A program made the translations under genes and the position numbers. Below the pieces are notes generated by a model, which had not been told where the DNA came from, made no database searches, and worked only from the letters and a program-made list of their open reading frames with translations. DNA of 64,000 nt. Source: Eledone cirrhosa. Its lineage: Eukaryota. Below are positions 21,680 through 35,237 of the stretch, in pieces; within the stretch, counting starts at the first letter, position 1; each line of letters begins with the position of its first letter. The stretch covers positions 103,788,001 through 103,852,000 of the forward strand of contig OZ024744.1 of the NCBI GenBank assembly GCA_964016885.1, in the 5' to 3' direction.

Positions 21680-23035
21680 ATCATCATCATCGTCGTTTAA
21701 CGTCCATCTTCCACACTAGCATGGGAGAAAATCAGGTCAGAGAGCAATGTTAAGATTTGGCTTGGTTTCTACAGCTGGGTGCTCTTCCTAATGCCAGCCA
21801 CATTTACAGTGTGTACTGGTTGCTTTTTGTTGTGTCACCTACACGACCACATTACTGTGTGGGCTGGGCATCTTTTATCATGTCGCCAACATGATCACTT
21901 TACTGAGGGGACTGGGCACTTTTGTCTTGGAACTAGGGAGGGTGGAGGAAGCTTGGAGAAATTGTGGACATAGGTAATAGGGGAGGGATGGTTACCACAA
22001 AGGGAGAAGTGTGAGGAAGGTGTTGTCTATTAGGTTTATGCCTCAGCCTTGTATAGCGCAAGAGGTCACGATCTTGTGTCATTGCCTTTTGGGAGGTGTA
22101 ATTGTGCAAGGTCTGCTTTTATTACCTCATCCCAAGTCTTCCTAGGCCTGCCCACACCACGGCTACCTTTTTATACAGCTGTTATCTTTCATAAGCATCA
22201 CATGTCCATACCAACACAATCTCCTCTGCTGCATGCAACAACTGGTCCCTTTTATGCTTAATTTCTCACACAGTACATTCATACTTTGCCGTCCACGTAT
22301 ATTACTATTGCACATCCAGCAAATCATGGAGGCTTCATTTCTTTCCAATCTCCGCAGGTCCTCAGCACACAGTGCACAGGTCTCGCTGCCGTGCAACTTA
22401 GTTGTTCTTATACATGCATCATACAGTCTGCCTTTTATTTTGAGAGAAAATCTTTTGTAGTTAGTAACGGTAGTAGCTCCCTCAATTTTCTCCAACCCAA
22501 TCTCACTCTGGTTATTGTGCTTTCGGAACATCCTCCCTCATTACTGATTTGGTCACCCAGGTAACAGAAATTATCTACCACTTCTACCGAGCCCTCTGGG
22601 CATTTGAAGGCGATTGTGTCCTGAGAGCTCTTGCTACTTATTGCTCCTGTGCACTGGCCACATGTAAAACCTACATTCTTTGTTTGCCTGGGATCCCACT
22701 ACATCTCTTGTGTACCAATAGTTTGCACTTCGGACATATGATGGAATTTCTACCTACTCCTTTTCTGCACAATAAGCAGGGCTATTTCCCAGAGGAGATC
22801 TGGGCCCTGTTATCATTTCTACTTACTAGGACTTCAGTTTTTTTGCCAGGTTTACTTTAAGACCTTTAGATTCTAGGCCATGCTTCCAGTTTTAGAATTT
22901 CATCTCTAATTCAGCCATAGATTCAGCTATAAAGGTTAGGTCATCTGCATACAGAAGTTCCCAAGGGCAGCTGGTCTTAAACTCCTCTGTTATTGCCTGC
23001 AGAACAATAATAAATAGGAGAGGGTTAAGAATAGA
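21680..23035 (-). mobile_element. RTE LINE copy 4 (3' part with long 3' UTR and (GAT)n tail)
   Basis: CPWELLYADDL, Cys finger, GRLYDACIR, LHGSET, RLCWYGHVM. The UTR carries the TTAGGAAGAGCACCCAGCTGTAGAAA block. Confidence 0.88.
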
Positions 23036-23043
23036 GCATATAT

Positions 23044-23044
23044 T

Positions 23045-23079
<35 letters not shown>

Positions 23080-25755
23080 TGTTTAACGTCTATCTTCCAT
23101 GCTAACATAGGTTAGATGGGAATTGTCCACTTGAGGCAAGATTGATTGGGTGACCGTGTCTCGCTCATATAGGACTGTATCTGACAGGTTTTCTATGGCT
23201 GGATGCCCTTTCTAACACCAACCACATTTACAACATGGACTGGGAGCCTTTTTACCATGTCTCCTACACGACCACTTTACAACGTGGTCTGGGTGCTTTT
23301 TTTTGTGACTCTTGCATGACCTCTTTAGTTTGGACTGGATGTTGTGGTACCAACATAACTTGGTGGGAGTGGGAAGATGGAGTAGGGGTAGTGGGTTGAG
23401 GTGTATATTTGGTTAAGAGGTGCCTACTGACTGTGGCTTAACTTTATATGTAGGGAAGGCGGGTCTTCTGTATTACTGCGGGACACCAAATATCTCGATC
23501 CAGTGACATTGTCTTAGAGAGGTACAAGTGTGAAAGGTCGGAATTTATCATGTCGTCCCAAGTTTTTCTGGGTCTACCTACTCCGTAACTTCCATAAAAT
23601 TTGATCGCCCTGAACTATTTTTATACAGCTGTCGTCTTTCATGCGCATCACGTGACCATACTGACATAATCTTTTTTCAAGTAAACAGCATTTGATCCCT
23701 CTTACTCCTAATTTCTCACTTAGTTCATTTATGCTTTGCCGTTCACGTATATTGCTATTACACATCCAACGGAGCATGCATGCTTCATTCCTCTCCAATC
23801 TGCACAGGTCCTCTGCACACAATGCCCATGTCTCACTGCCATGTAGCATTGCTGTTCATATACAGGCATCATACAATCTGCCTTTCATTTTCAGAGAGAA
23901 ACCTTTTGTGGCCAATAGTGGTATAAGCTCTCTGAACCTTTTCCATCCTGTTCTGACTCTGGCTACTGTACTTTCAGAGCACCCTCCTCCACTGCTGATT
24001 TTGTCACCCAGGTAACGGAAAGTGTCTATCATTTCTATAGAACCATCTGGGCAGTTGAAGGAGTTAGTATCCTGTGGGCACTTGATACTTATTGCACCTG
24101 AACATCGGCCACATATAAAATCTACATTCTTAGATAGCTTACCTATGATCCACTACATCTTTTATGTACCCATAGTTTGCATTTGGGACATAGAATGGAA
24201 TTTCTACCTACTCCTTTCTTACACACTGAGCATGGCCATTTCCCAGAGGGCAACTGTGACCTATTTTCCTTTCTACATACAAGAACTTTAGTCTTAGACA
24301 AGTTAACTTTAAGACCTTTTGATTCTAGTTCAGCCATAGATTCAGCTATGAGAGTTAGATCATCTGCATATAGAAGTTCCCATGGGCAGCCAGTCTTAAA
24401 CTCTTCTGTTATAGCCTGTAGGACAATAATACACAGGAGAAGGCCAAGGACGAAGCCTTGATGAACACCTACTTTTTCGCTAAATTCTTCACTATATTCC
24501 ATTGTTAATTCTACCCTTGCTTACTGTTCCTCTATACATGGCTTGTATAGCTCTCACAAGCCATTCATCTACTCCTAGCTTTCTAAGGGCCCACCAGATA
24601 ATGGAGAGGGGGGACTCTGTCAAAGGCTTTCTCCAAGTCAACAAAAGCTAAGTATAGGGTTTTACTTTTAGCTAGGTACTTCTCCTGTAGTTGTCATACA
24701 AGGAAAAGAGCATCTGTGGTACTTTTACCTGACACAAACCCAAACTGCATTTCATCTAGATCAATTCACTCTCTGATTAGTTGCGCTATAACTTTTTGTG
24801 TGACCTTCATGACCTGGTCAATTAATTTAATGCCTCTATAGTTTCCCCTATCTAGGGCATCTCCTTTACCCTTGTAGCAGTTAATGATGATGCTGCTACG
24901 CCATTCCTTTGGTATGACCCCATTCTGTATTACTTGGTTTACTCTCCTGGTGACCATAGTGTGTCCCACCATTCCAGATGCTTTCAACATCTCAGCAACT
25001 ATCTCCAAAGGCCCAGTTTCCTTGCCTGTCTTCATATCTTTGATTGCCTTACTTATTATACTACCTTTAACTTGCACTGCTGGTCCCTCTATTGGATCGA
25101 TTTGGGGCAGACTATCTTTTTCCCATTTATTCTCCTCATTTGGTAGCCTCTCGAAGTGACACTGCCAAGCTACCTTCTTACCAGTATCAGTGAGGGCAAG
25201 TACACCATCATCATTATGGACACACTTCTCCCCAACAATATCACGGTTTTCCTTGACACATTGCGTAGCAATCCTGAACACCTCACGTTTTTGGTCCTTG
25301 CGTTGTAGAACATGCTTGAACTTTCTATCCTCGGCTTCCCTTCTTGCAAGGTACACTTGTCTCCTAGTTTCCCTCCTGGCCACTTGATAGTCTTCTCTAC
25401 TTCCCCCATCCTGCCATACTTTCCAAGCCTGCTTTTTGGCCTTGATGGACTCCTCCACCTTACTGTTCCACCACCAAGTTACTCTCCTTCTGCCTATAGG
25501 TCTGCTCCAGCCACAGATTTCATCTGTTGCCTTCAGCAGGTTAACTTTCAGGAATTACTACTGTTCCTCTATATTGAACATCTCTAATTGCTCTTCCTTA
25601 CTGTTAAAAGCATCAAGTAATATTCTGTTAAATTTGTTGGCTGTGGGGTTCTTCAACTGCCATATTTTTCTCCTCGAGGTAATCCTCTGTCGTTGAGTAC
25701 ATTTAGTCCTGACTATAGTTAGTGACCTAACTATTAGGCTATGTTGGGAGGTACA
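23044..25755 (-). mobile_element. RTE LINE copy 5 (5'-truncated, long 3' UTR)
   Basis: 230-aa ORF 24766-25458 (DALDRGNYRGIKL), GVHQGFVLG, CPWELLYADDL, Cys finger. 3' UTR homologous to 9560-9940. Confidence 0.92.
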
Positions 25756-25776
25756 TATACGTATATATATGTATAT

Positions 25777-25912
25777 CAGGGGCGAAGGGTCCGTGCATGC
25801 AACGCATGCAGTGCATGCATTATAGAATCTTGAGTTGATCAATTGTGTCGGTTGAAGCAAGCAGAATTTTGGCTGCTTACTAAAACGTATAGACACATAA
25901 AAAGATAACACA

Positions 25913-25973
<61 letters not shown>

Positions 25974-26211
25974 ACACACAAACACACAAATACACGACAG
26001 CTTTGGAACAAGCAGAATTTTGTCTGCTTACTAAATCGTAGACACGTAAAAATATAACATACACACACACTAGATAACATTACATATGGCTTTGACCGGG
26101 AGGGTCATTTAGAGGGAATGGGGGGAGGGGGGGTTTAAGGATGCACAGCCCCACTTTCTGCCATGGCGATTGGACTGCATGCCCTGCTTTCCAGGTTACC
26201 CTTCGCTTCTG
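25777..26211. mobile_element. MITE with 13-bp TIRs (hAT-like CAGGGG terminus) containing a (CA)n tract
   Basis: CAGGGGCGAAGGG...CCCTTCGCTTCTG (2 mismatches). No TSD recognisable. Confidence 0.55.
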
Positions 26212-26217
26212 ACTGAT

Positions 26218-26460
26218 GTCATCATCATCGTCATCATCACCTTTTTACGTCCGTTCTTCCACGCTAACATGGGTTAGACGGGTTGTCCTGTTGTCAGCAG
26301 TGTCTGGTCGGCTGACCATGCCTTGCTCATACAGGAACTGATTTTGGCTTGATTTCTACAGCTGGATGCCCTTCCTAACACCAACCTCATTTACAGTGAG
26401 TGCTGGGTGCTTTTCCGTGGCGCCTACACGTCCACTTTACAGTGGGAGGGTGTGGGGGCA
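26218..26460 (-). mobile_element. SINE / RTE 3'-UTR fragment with (GAT)n tail
   Basis: GGTTGGTGTTAGGAAGGGCATCCAGCTGTAGAAA...ACCCATGTTAGCGTGGAAGAACGGACGTAAA. Confidence 0.8.
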
Positions 26461-26524
26461 TATTGTCTATATGCTTCAGCTTGTACCCATGAAATATATA
26501 TATATATATATATACATAACAATA

Positions 26525-29500
26525 ACTGCGTAAACGGTGATAACACTAACCATGTTTGGGCTGCGCACAGTAGTGGGGTGGCTAGTGCTGACCGTCATCA
26601 AGAAATTGCACAACAACAACAACAATAATAATAATCATAATGATTCTAAATATTTTTGCTTGCTGAGAAAAAGGAAAAATCAACGAAAGGTGACATCTCA
26701 GGGTTGCCACACTTAATGTTGGCACCCTGACAGGTAGATCTGGTGAGATAATAGAGATGTTAGAGAGAAGACATGTGGATGTGTGCTGCATGCAAGAGGT
26801 GAGATGGAGAGGTGCCTCAGCAAGACTAATCGCAGGCAAACATCTTAGCTATAAGCTTTTCTGGGTAGGGAGCTATGGTGGGTTAGGTGGGGTAGGCATT
26901 TTACTGCCCGAAAGGTGGATCAATAAGACAATAGAGGTAGTTAGTCAGTAATAGAATCATCTAGATTAGATTAGTTGTAGGCAACAGGCTGCTGACAATT
27001 ATCTCTACCTATGCTCCCCAGGTGGGCCTAAGTAAAGAAAAGAAGGACCACTTTTACGAGCAACTTCTAGAGACAACCACAATGACAGAGAACAGAGACC
27101 TTGTCATACTAGCAGGTGACTTCAATGGTTATGTTGGACAGCTCCAGGATGGATACACTGTGGTACATGGTGGTCATGGTTATGGCTCAAGAAACAAAGG
27201 AATGAGGCTACTTGAATTTCGTGATGCAAATGAACTAACAATTTACAACAGTAACTTCAGAAAACCTGCCAATCACATAATAACCTACCAATCAGGCAAA
27301 CACATAAGCCAGATTGACTTCTTGCTAGTTAAGCAATGATACAGACAGATGGTGTCAAATACTAAGGCATACCCTGGAGAAGAATGTAACCCCCAGCATA
27401 GATTAGTCGTTAGTGACATCTCAATAAGCAAGAGACAAAATATGACACACAGGAAAGTATAGAAAAGGAAGATCTGGAAGCTAAAAGACATTTCACTTAA
27501 ATATAAGTTTAGGAAAGCCCTACAAGATGTGTATAATAAGAGAAAGAAGACAAATTAGAATTGTATGACATAGAAGATAACCTACTGCATACAACTGAAG
27601 AGACTTGTGGCTGGAGCAGAGCTCTGACCAGACAGAGGGTGACCTGGTGGTGGAACAGAATGGTAGATAGAGCCATTAAAGACAAAAAACAAGCATGGAA
27701 GGATTGGAAAAATTGGAGAAGTAGAGACCGATACTCAGCCACTAAAAGAGAGGCTAGACGTCAGGTATACTTAGCATGCAGGGAAGCTGAGAGTAGGAGG
27801 TTTACCAATGTTCTGTGACGAGAAGATCAGACACGTGCAGTGTTCCGCATTGAAAGGCAGTGTGTCTGTGTAAGTCAGGATGTTGTTAGAGATAAGTGTG
27901 TCTGAAATGATGTTGGTATAATTAGTGTCACTGATACTCGGAAAAAGGAGGCCTGGAAATGTCATTATGAGAGACTGATGAATATTGAGAATGAATGGGA
28001 GAGAGAAAAACTACCCCCAACAGACCCAACTATTGAGTACCAGCTATTGAGGTTGATGACTATAAGGTCAAAGAAGCAATTAAGGAAATGAAAAGTGGTA
28101 AGGCCACTGGACCATCGAGGATAGTTGCTGAGATGTTGAAGACATCAGGAGAAGTAGGAACTAAACTGGTTGCACGCATCATCAATCAAGCTATATATGG
28201 TGGTGTCATACCCCAAAAGCTGGTGCAGCAGTATACATGTTAATTGTTACAAATGTAAAGGGGATGCTCTGGAAAGGAGCAATTATAGGAGCGTAAAACT
28301 AATGGATCAGGTTATGATAGTGACAGAAAGAGTGCTAGCACAACTAATTAGAGAAAGAGTCAAATTAGATGAGATGCAGTTTTGTTTTGTGCCTGAGAAA
28401 AGTACAACAGATGCCCTCTTTGAGAGGTTTTTAGAGAAGAATAAGCCACTACATTCAGCTTTTGTTGACCTAGAGAAAGACTTTGATAGAGTACCCCGAT
28501 CTGTCATCTGATAGTCGTTAAGGAAACTAGGTGTAAAGGAATGGCTTGTGAGGACAGTGCAAACTATGTACAGAGGAACTGTTAGTAAAATGAGAGTAGG
28601 AATGAAGTTTAGTGATGAATTCCAGATACAAGTAGGACTGCATCAGGGATTGGTCTTCAGCCTACTCTTATTCATTATAGTTCTCCAAGCCATAACAGAG
28701 GAGTTTATGACTGGCTGCCCATGGGAACTTCTCTATGCTGACAATCTGCCCCTTATAGTAGAATCAGTAGAGGAGCTAGAGAATAAATTCTGGCTATGGA
28801 AACAGCAGTTGGAATCAAGAAAACTAAGAATGAACCTAGCTAAGACAAAAGTATTGATAAGTAGGAAAGAAGACAAGACTCTGATTCCATCAGGGAAATG
28901 GCCATGCTCGATATGTAGAAAAGGAGTTGGCATAAACTCTATAGAATGTACACAATGCAGATCTTGGGTACACAAGAAGTGTAGTGGAATAGCAGGCAAA
29001 CTAACAGGAAAGGAAAACTTCATATGTAAGTAGATGTTCAGGCACATTTTTCAAATGCAGGTAGGATATATAGAGGTGGTTGATAGCTACTGATATCTAG
29101 ATGATCAGATTAGAAAGAGAGGAGGATGCTGCAAGGCCATACATAGACAGGAGGGAAGACATTTAGGAAGCTGCTTCCTCTGTTGACAATGAAGGGTTTC
29201 TCCCCATGAACGAAAGGTCAGTTATATGATGCTTGTGTGAGATGTGTGATGCTGCATGGCAGTGAGACATGGACAACAACTGTGGAGGATATGCGAATGC
29301 TGGCAAGAAATGAAGCAAGCATGCTCTGATGGATGTACAATGTCAATGTACGTGAACAACCAGGCATGGATGAGTTGAGAGTGAAACTGTGTATAAGAGG
29401 GATAAACTGTAGTGTGCATGAGAGAAGACTGCAATGGTATGGACATGTGATCATCATCATCATCATCATCGTTTAACGTCTATCTTCCACGCTAGCATGG

Positions 29501-29730
29501 GTTTAGATGCGCATGCAAGATGACCACTGAATGAAGAAGTGCCAAGAAATCCCGGTGGAAGGAAGACACAGTAGAGGAAGACCACAAAAAACATAGGTGG
29601 AAGTGGTGAGAGCTGACTCCAGATCACTGAAGCTCGCAGAGGAAATGAAGAAGGACTATGATGAATGGAGAGATGCTGTGTTGAAGAGAACCCGTCCCAC
29701 ACTTGCAAGTAGGGAAAAGCAGATGTAAAA
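26525..29730 (+). mobile_element. RTE LINE copy 6, near full length (APE + RT), decayed, short-tail subfamily
   Basis: TLNVGTLTGR, VDVCCMQEVRWRG, LAGDFNG, SQIDFLL, VTWWWN, VDLEKDFDRVP, CPWELLYADNL, Cys finger. Tail ACCCGTCCCACACTTGCAAG...ATGATGAT. Antisense SINE tail inserted at ~29450-29507. Confidence 0.93.
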
Positions 29731-29772
29731 TATGATAATGATGATGATAATATATATAAAAATTTGTTAAGT

Positions 29773-29876
29773 TAAAAACTTGCAATAGTCCCTTATAATC
29801 AAATAAGCTCAAGGAAGTATTCTGAGCTGTTTATAACACAGCTTATTTGATTATAAGGGAATAGTGGGAGTTTTTA
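29773..29876. repeat. Small fold-back element (~36-bp arms)
   Basis: TCCCTTATAATCAAATAAGCT ... AGCTTATTTGATTATAAGGGA. A half copy lies at 20319-20353. Confidence 0.75.
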
Positions 29877-29969
29877 TATATATATAGGAAAAGAGTCAGG
29901 ACCCCGATGACTGAGCTCTGGACGTTTCGACAGCTAGATCTGTATATATTGTAAACTTGACACTCTAAC

Positions 29970-30215
29970 CACTGTGTTGTGTTCTTCAGCAAAACACTTT
30001 ATTTCATGTTGCTCCAGTTCACTCAGCTGTAAAGATGTGTTGTGAGTCAGTGGTACCAAGCTATATCAGCCCTCACCATTGCTGGTGTGGATAGGGGAGA
30101 CTGGTATGCATGTGCCACTGGTGGTCTTCTACAAACAACCTTGCTCGAACTTGCGCCTCGGAGAACTTTCTAGGTGCAAATCCCATTGTCATTCATGACG
30201 GAAGATGATCTTTAT
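29970..30215 (+). mobile_element. SINE (5'-truncated)
   Basis: GTGTTGTGTTCTTCAGCAAAACACTTTATTTCATGTTGCTCCAGTTCACTCAGCTG is shared with 33363 and, on the minus strand, 61285-61345. Confidence 0.7.
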
Positions 30216-30218
30216 CTT

Positions 30219-31731
30219 ATCTATATTACAAAGCTGATGGCCGTATGTATGTAACAAACTTTTCGCCAAACAGCTGAACCAAACAGCACCAAATTTGCAC
30301 CATAGATGTAACTTTTTCCAAGTAACAAAGTGGGGGTATTTTTGTCTACTAAATTTGGTTAAAAGATTAAAGATATTTTATTGTTTATTTAAATATTCAC
30401 TTCTTTAAAATTTTCAAATGTCAACACTTCCGGTTAGCGATCTCTCTCTTTCTTAGTCTGTCTTTTTAGATAGATACATAGCTATAAAGTCGCGCCCTTA
30501 TAATATCTGTCTGTATGTCTGGCTGTCTGTATTATGAAAACCATTCTCTACATTGACTTCGTTTATCTGTGTGTGTGTGTGTGTATATGTATATATATAG
30601 TGTGTGTATATATATATATATAGTGTATATATATATATATATATAGTGTGTAGTAAATAAGGGACAGTTTAATTTGTACATTTTATTACAGCATTCCTTT
30701 ATATGTATATATACATACATAAACATGTTATTTACAGTTGTATAAAAAAGAAGTATAATTGCTTCTACTTTTGGCACAAGGCCAGCAATTATCCCAGTAC
30801 ATTACTGGTACTTTATTATATATAATATATATAATACAACATTCCTCTCTCTTTTTTACTCTGTCTTTTTAGATAGATTCATAGCTATAACATCGCGCCC
30901 TTATAATATCTGTCTGTATGTCTGCCTGTCTGCATTGACTTCGCTTCTAACCAACTTTTAATTAATTATATATAATTATATATTCGTGTACATATTTTCA
31001 ACAGTAATACTATACTATACTATATATTTTCAACAGTAATACTATACTATACTATATATTTTCAACAGTAATACTATACTATATGTTTTCAACAGTAATA
31101 CTATACTATATATTTTCAACAGTAATAATATACTAATATATTTTCAACAGTAATACTATACTATATATTTTCAACAGTAATACTATACTATATATTTTCA
31201 ACAGTAATAATATACTAATATATTTTCAACAGTAATACTATACTATACTATATATTTTCAACAGTAATACTATACTATACTATATATTTTCAACAGTAAT
31301 ACTATACTATATATTTTCAACAGTAATACTATACTATATATTTTCAACAGTAATACTATACTATATATTTTCAACAGTAATACTGTACTATATATTTTCA
31401 ACAGTAATACTGTACTATACTATATATTTTCAACAGTAATACTATACTATATATTTTCAACAGTAATACTGTACTATATATTTTCAACAGTAATACTATA
31501 CTATATATTTTCAACAGTAATACTGTACTATATATTTTCAACAGTAATACTATACTATATATTTTCAACAGTAATACTATACTATACCATATATTTTCAA
31601 CAGTAATACTATACTATACTATATATTTTCAACAGTAATATTATACTATACTATATGTATTCAACAGTCATACTATACAACACAGACGGCTTACCGTCTG
31701 TTTATCCAAGCGAAGCTAGGTACGTCAGCTA
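30219..31731 (+). mobile_element. Non-autonomous Helitron-like element carrying an internal tandem array
   Basis: 5' TCTATATTACAAAGCTG; 3' decayed hairpin CCAAGCGAAGCTAGGTACGTCAGCTA. Internal ~95-bp duplication at 30440 and 30845. Confidence 0.55.
30992..31680. repeat. 27-32-bp minisatellite (ATATTTTCAACAGTAATACTATACTAT)
   Basis: About 24 units differing in the number of TACTA pentamers. Confidence 0.92.
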
Positions 31732-31749
31732 TGTATATATATATATTTG

Positions 31750-31803
31750 GATGCCGTAGAACACGGCAATGGTAGCCGGGCGCCAGCGAGACGGGCCAAC
31801 TAG
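31750..31803 (+). mobile_element. Orphan Helitron 3' terminus
   Basis: GC-rich hairpin-like GCCGGGCGCCAGCGAGACGGGC followed by CAACTAG|T. Confidence 0.5.
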
Positions 31804-31874
31804 TATATATATATTTATATGTTTATGTATTTGTTCTGCAGGATTGTTCATGTGAAATCGTGTGTTGAAACTGA

Positions 31875-32282
31875 TATTGTTATATTTCAGGATGGTCATG
31901 TTGCCAGTATTGCCAATAAAAAGAAACACATGCCCCATATGATTTTCACTTTATCTATAGTCATTTGTTTGTCAAAGTTATTTGTCACACATTATGTGAC
32001 CTCCTCATTGACTATCTGTTCGCTTTTGTACCTCCTCTTTTTTCTGTTGAAAATGCTCCACAAAACAAAAGACATAGTGGTGTCAAATTTTAAGACCAGA
32101 AAGAGAGGAGGCACAAAAGATAAGATAGTGATTGAGGAGGTCACAGAATGTGTGACAAAAGAACTTTAACAAAATAATGAATAATGAGTAATAAAGATAA
32201 AGTGAAAATTATATATATGGTGCATGTGTTTCTTTTTATTGGCAATACTGGCAACAGGGCCGTCCCCAAATATAACAATGTA
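31875..32282. repeat. Inverted pair of an ~85-bp dispersed repeat (third copy at 33070-33200)
   Basis: GTTGCCAGTATTGCCAATAAAAAGAAACACATGC (31900) and its reverse complement (32222-32256). Confidence 0.8.
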
Positions 32283-32644
32283 TATATATATATATGTGCG
32301 TGTGTGTGTATTATGTTCATACAATCTGGTGACATCACTGATTTTTTGTTTCATAGTCAAATGATGTAAATCGGCCACAGAAATACGTATTGTGTAATTA
32401 TGCAATATGAAAGGAAGTTATTAGAGTTCAGCCTTTTCATGCTTTCACTGAAGTATTTAACTCCATTCCTGTACCAACCATGAGATACCACATCTATGAT
32501 GGATATGCATAATGATAACGTTGAGTGCTTTTTCTTAATGCATCACAGTTTTCTGATCGAAATGACTGGATCACAGACCCAGTTACCTATTAGTTAAACC
32601 ATACAATGTACAGGGTATATATATATACACTGTAAATATATATA

Positions 32645-32815
32645 CACTGTAAATGTGGTTGGTGTTAGGAAGGGCATCCAGCTGTAGAAAACCCGCCAGA
32701 CAGTCCTATGCGAGCAATGACAACCACTCTTGCCTCAAGTGGGAAAACCCCCGTCCAAACCCATGCAAGCGTGGAACAGGGACGTTAAACGATGATGATG
32801 ATGATGATGATGATA
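32645..32815 (+). mobile_element. SINE / RTE 3'-UTR fragment with (GAT)n tail
   Basis: GTGGTTGGTGTTAGGAAGGGCATCCAGCTGTAGAAA...GACGTTAAACGATGATGATG. Confidence 0.85.
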
Positions 32816-33327
32816 TATATATATATATACCGAACTTATATTCATGGAAATTTGGGACTTGACTCGTTCTTCCTCACTTTTCGTTGCTTCACCATCTTTG
32901 TTTGTTTACAATCTTGTGTCCCCTTTATTTACGTGTCCCAACAACTTTTTTTAGCCGTTGCTCGCACCAACCGGAGGTATATGGTCTTTAAAGCGATGAA
33001 ATACCAATGATGGTTGGAAGATCACTGATGAAGGACTAACTTTATTCATATATATATATATATATATACTTCCTTTTTGAATTTGTTTTGCAAGATTTCT
33101 TATCTGAAAACATGTGTTGAAACAGATATTGTTATATTTTGAAAGGGTCATGTTGCCAATAAAAACACACCCACCTGTTGGTTTTCACTTCAATTTATTA
33201 TAAATTTCTGGTTGATTGGTTCAATAACTGAATGGTTGCTTATATATTGTCAAAGCTCTTTCATTCACATTCTGTATCTCTCCTTTGTTCTGTCCTAGAC
33301 CATCTTGTTTTTGTATTATATATATAT

Positions 33328-33636
33328 CGAAAGGTTGTGAGTTCAATTCTCAGACCGGGTGATGTGTTGTTTCCTTGACAAGACACTTTATTTCACATTG
33401 CTCCAGTTTACTCAGCTATCATTCCACTGCAAAGTGGTCGTGGAGGTGCCACAGCAAAAAAGAACCCAGACCACACTGTAAAGTGGACGTGTAGGCGCCA
33501 CGGAAAAAAAGCACCCACCACTCACTGTAAATAAGGTTGGTGTTAGGAAGGGCATCCAGCTGTAGAAATCAAGCCAGAATCAGTTCCCGTCCCACCATTG
33601 TAAGCAGGGAAAAGCGGACATAAAATGATGATGATA
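33328..33636 (+). mobile_element. tRNA-derived SINE with RTE-type tail
   Basis: B-box-like GAGTTCAATTC, central CCTTGACAAGACACTTT block, AGGAAGGGCATCCAGC block, tail GCAGGGAAAAGCGGACATAAAATGATGATG. Confidence 0.8.
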
Positions 33637-33877
33637 TACATATAAATATATATTTGATGACCATGCTGGATATATGTACGCAATGTAAGGTATGGGTACA
33701 CAAGACTTGTAGTGGGATTGTAGGTAGACTAACAGAAATGATAGACTTTACATGGTAGACCAAATTGACACGTATAGTGTGTAGTAAGAGCAAATTTTGA
33801 AGTGTGGCTATCGTGGATATTAGACTTGAATGAATTAGAGAGGAACAGATAATAGCAAATATGGAGGGTAAATTTAA

Positions 33878-34130
33878 ATAATGATTTCTTTATTAACCAC
33901 AAGGGTTTACATATAGTAGACATTAAGGACAGTGCAGGACAATACAGTACGGTACAAATGGGCATTTCTGCGTGTAAAAAACAAAAACAGAGGATGTAAC
34001 AAAAAAATAACAATGAAAAATTCCCCAATAAGGGGGGGGGGAGACTTCGGAGGGACATTTGTGGAGAAAGCCCAGTAAAAGGCCACAGTGACCCTGACCA
34101 CCAAGGCAAGTGCCCTCTCCCAGTTTTCCA
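33878..34130 (-). mobile_element. 3' UTR fragment of a Tx1/L1-like LINE
   Basis: Homologous to 41165-41260. Ends CCTTGTGGTTAATAAAGAAATCATTATT. A similar tail lies at 61830-61970. Confidence 0.55.
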
Positions 34131-34679
34131 CCTTTAATTTACAGATATATACTCAGAGTAGGCCCATTCACAATAATGGTTTTAATAGTGTTAGATTTCT
34201 CCCATATTTTAAGACAGTGTTCAGCAGACTTGCATAGCATTACTGTTTTATGTAGATCATTGAATTAGTCAATCACACAGATTATTTTACATTATAAAAT
34301 TCTTTAAATTCATAGATAATTTTTCTTTTAAAAAAAGATTATGGTTTTACAAATGCTTCAAAACAAATTATTTAAACATTTATCATTAGTTAACCTAAGA
34401 TTTAATGGCAGATACAGGTTAACATTTTAAACAATTAAAACATGCAGGCATAAAGAGTAGACATAAATGAGAGAGAAATAATGTCCAACCAGACTCTCAC
34501 ATTTTTATTTTGTTTCCTGAACACATTACACTTAGAATAAGGGCTCTTAATGCTTGATGGAGTCATAGGGGCATTATCTTGACTCAATGTATATCTAAGG
34601 CATTTTAAACCTGGTGGAGGTCACCCCTCTACATCTGAACATGACTGATTTCTTCCAGACAAAGGAGGGAGAGAGAAGA

Positions 34680-35130
34680 GTCAGACCCAGTACTGAACTG
34701 CTGTTTTATTTATTGACTTTGAAAGAGTAAAAGGCAAAGCTCACCATGGCAGGGTTTGAACTCAGAACACAGTGAGTCAAAACATTTATAATCTGATGCC
34801 CTGATAACTCATCATGTTATATACACTTAGTTTAAAATATATTTGTCCTTTCATTCTTACAATTCAATATTTTCCTTGCTCAAGATTGTTATATTTTCTG
34901 CTCAACCATCTTTTAAAATGTGTCCTTCAAGTTTTTGCCTTTAAAGATTAAGGAGCCTGCAGAAGACCAAAGATGGAGAAAGTTAATCTCAGTTCAAATT
35001 CTGCCATGGTCGACTTTGCCTTTCATTCTTCCATGGTCAACAAAATAAAGTACCAGTCATGTACTGGGGTCAATCTAACCAACTTCTCTCTTCACCCAAA
35101 ATTGCTGGCCTTGTGCTTAAATTAGAATGG
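34680..35130. mobile_element. Two CORE-type SINE fragments in opposite orientation (34680-34790 minus, 34985-35130 plus)
   Basis: AGTTCAAATTCTGCCATGGTCGACTTTGCCTTTCAT...AAGTACCAGT motif on both strands. Confidence 0.7.
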
Positions 35131-35237
35131 TTCTTAACATTATATCAATATTCAAATGGTTTTGTCTCTGACATTGTTGTTGGACCTCTCTTAGTTCTGA
35201 TAAACATTGTTCTAGTTGTTCAAGCAAATGAACAGTC

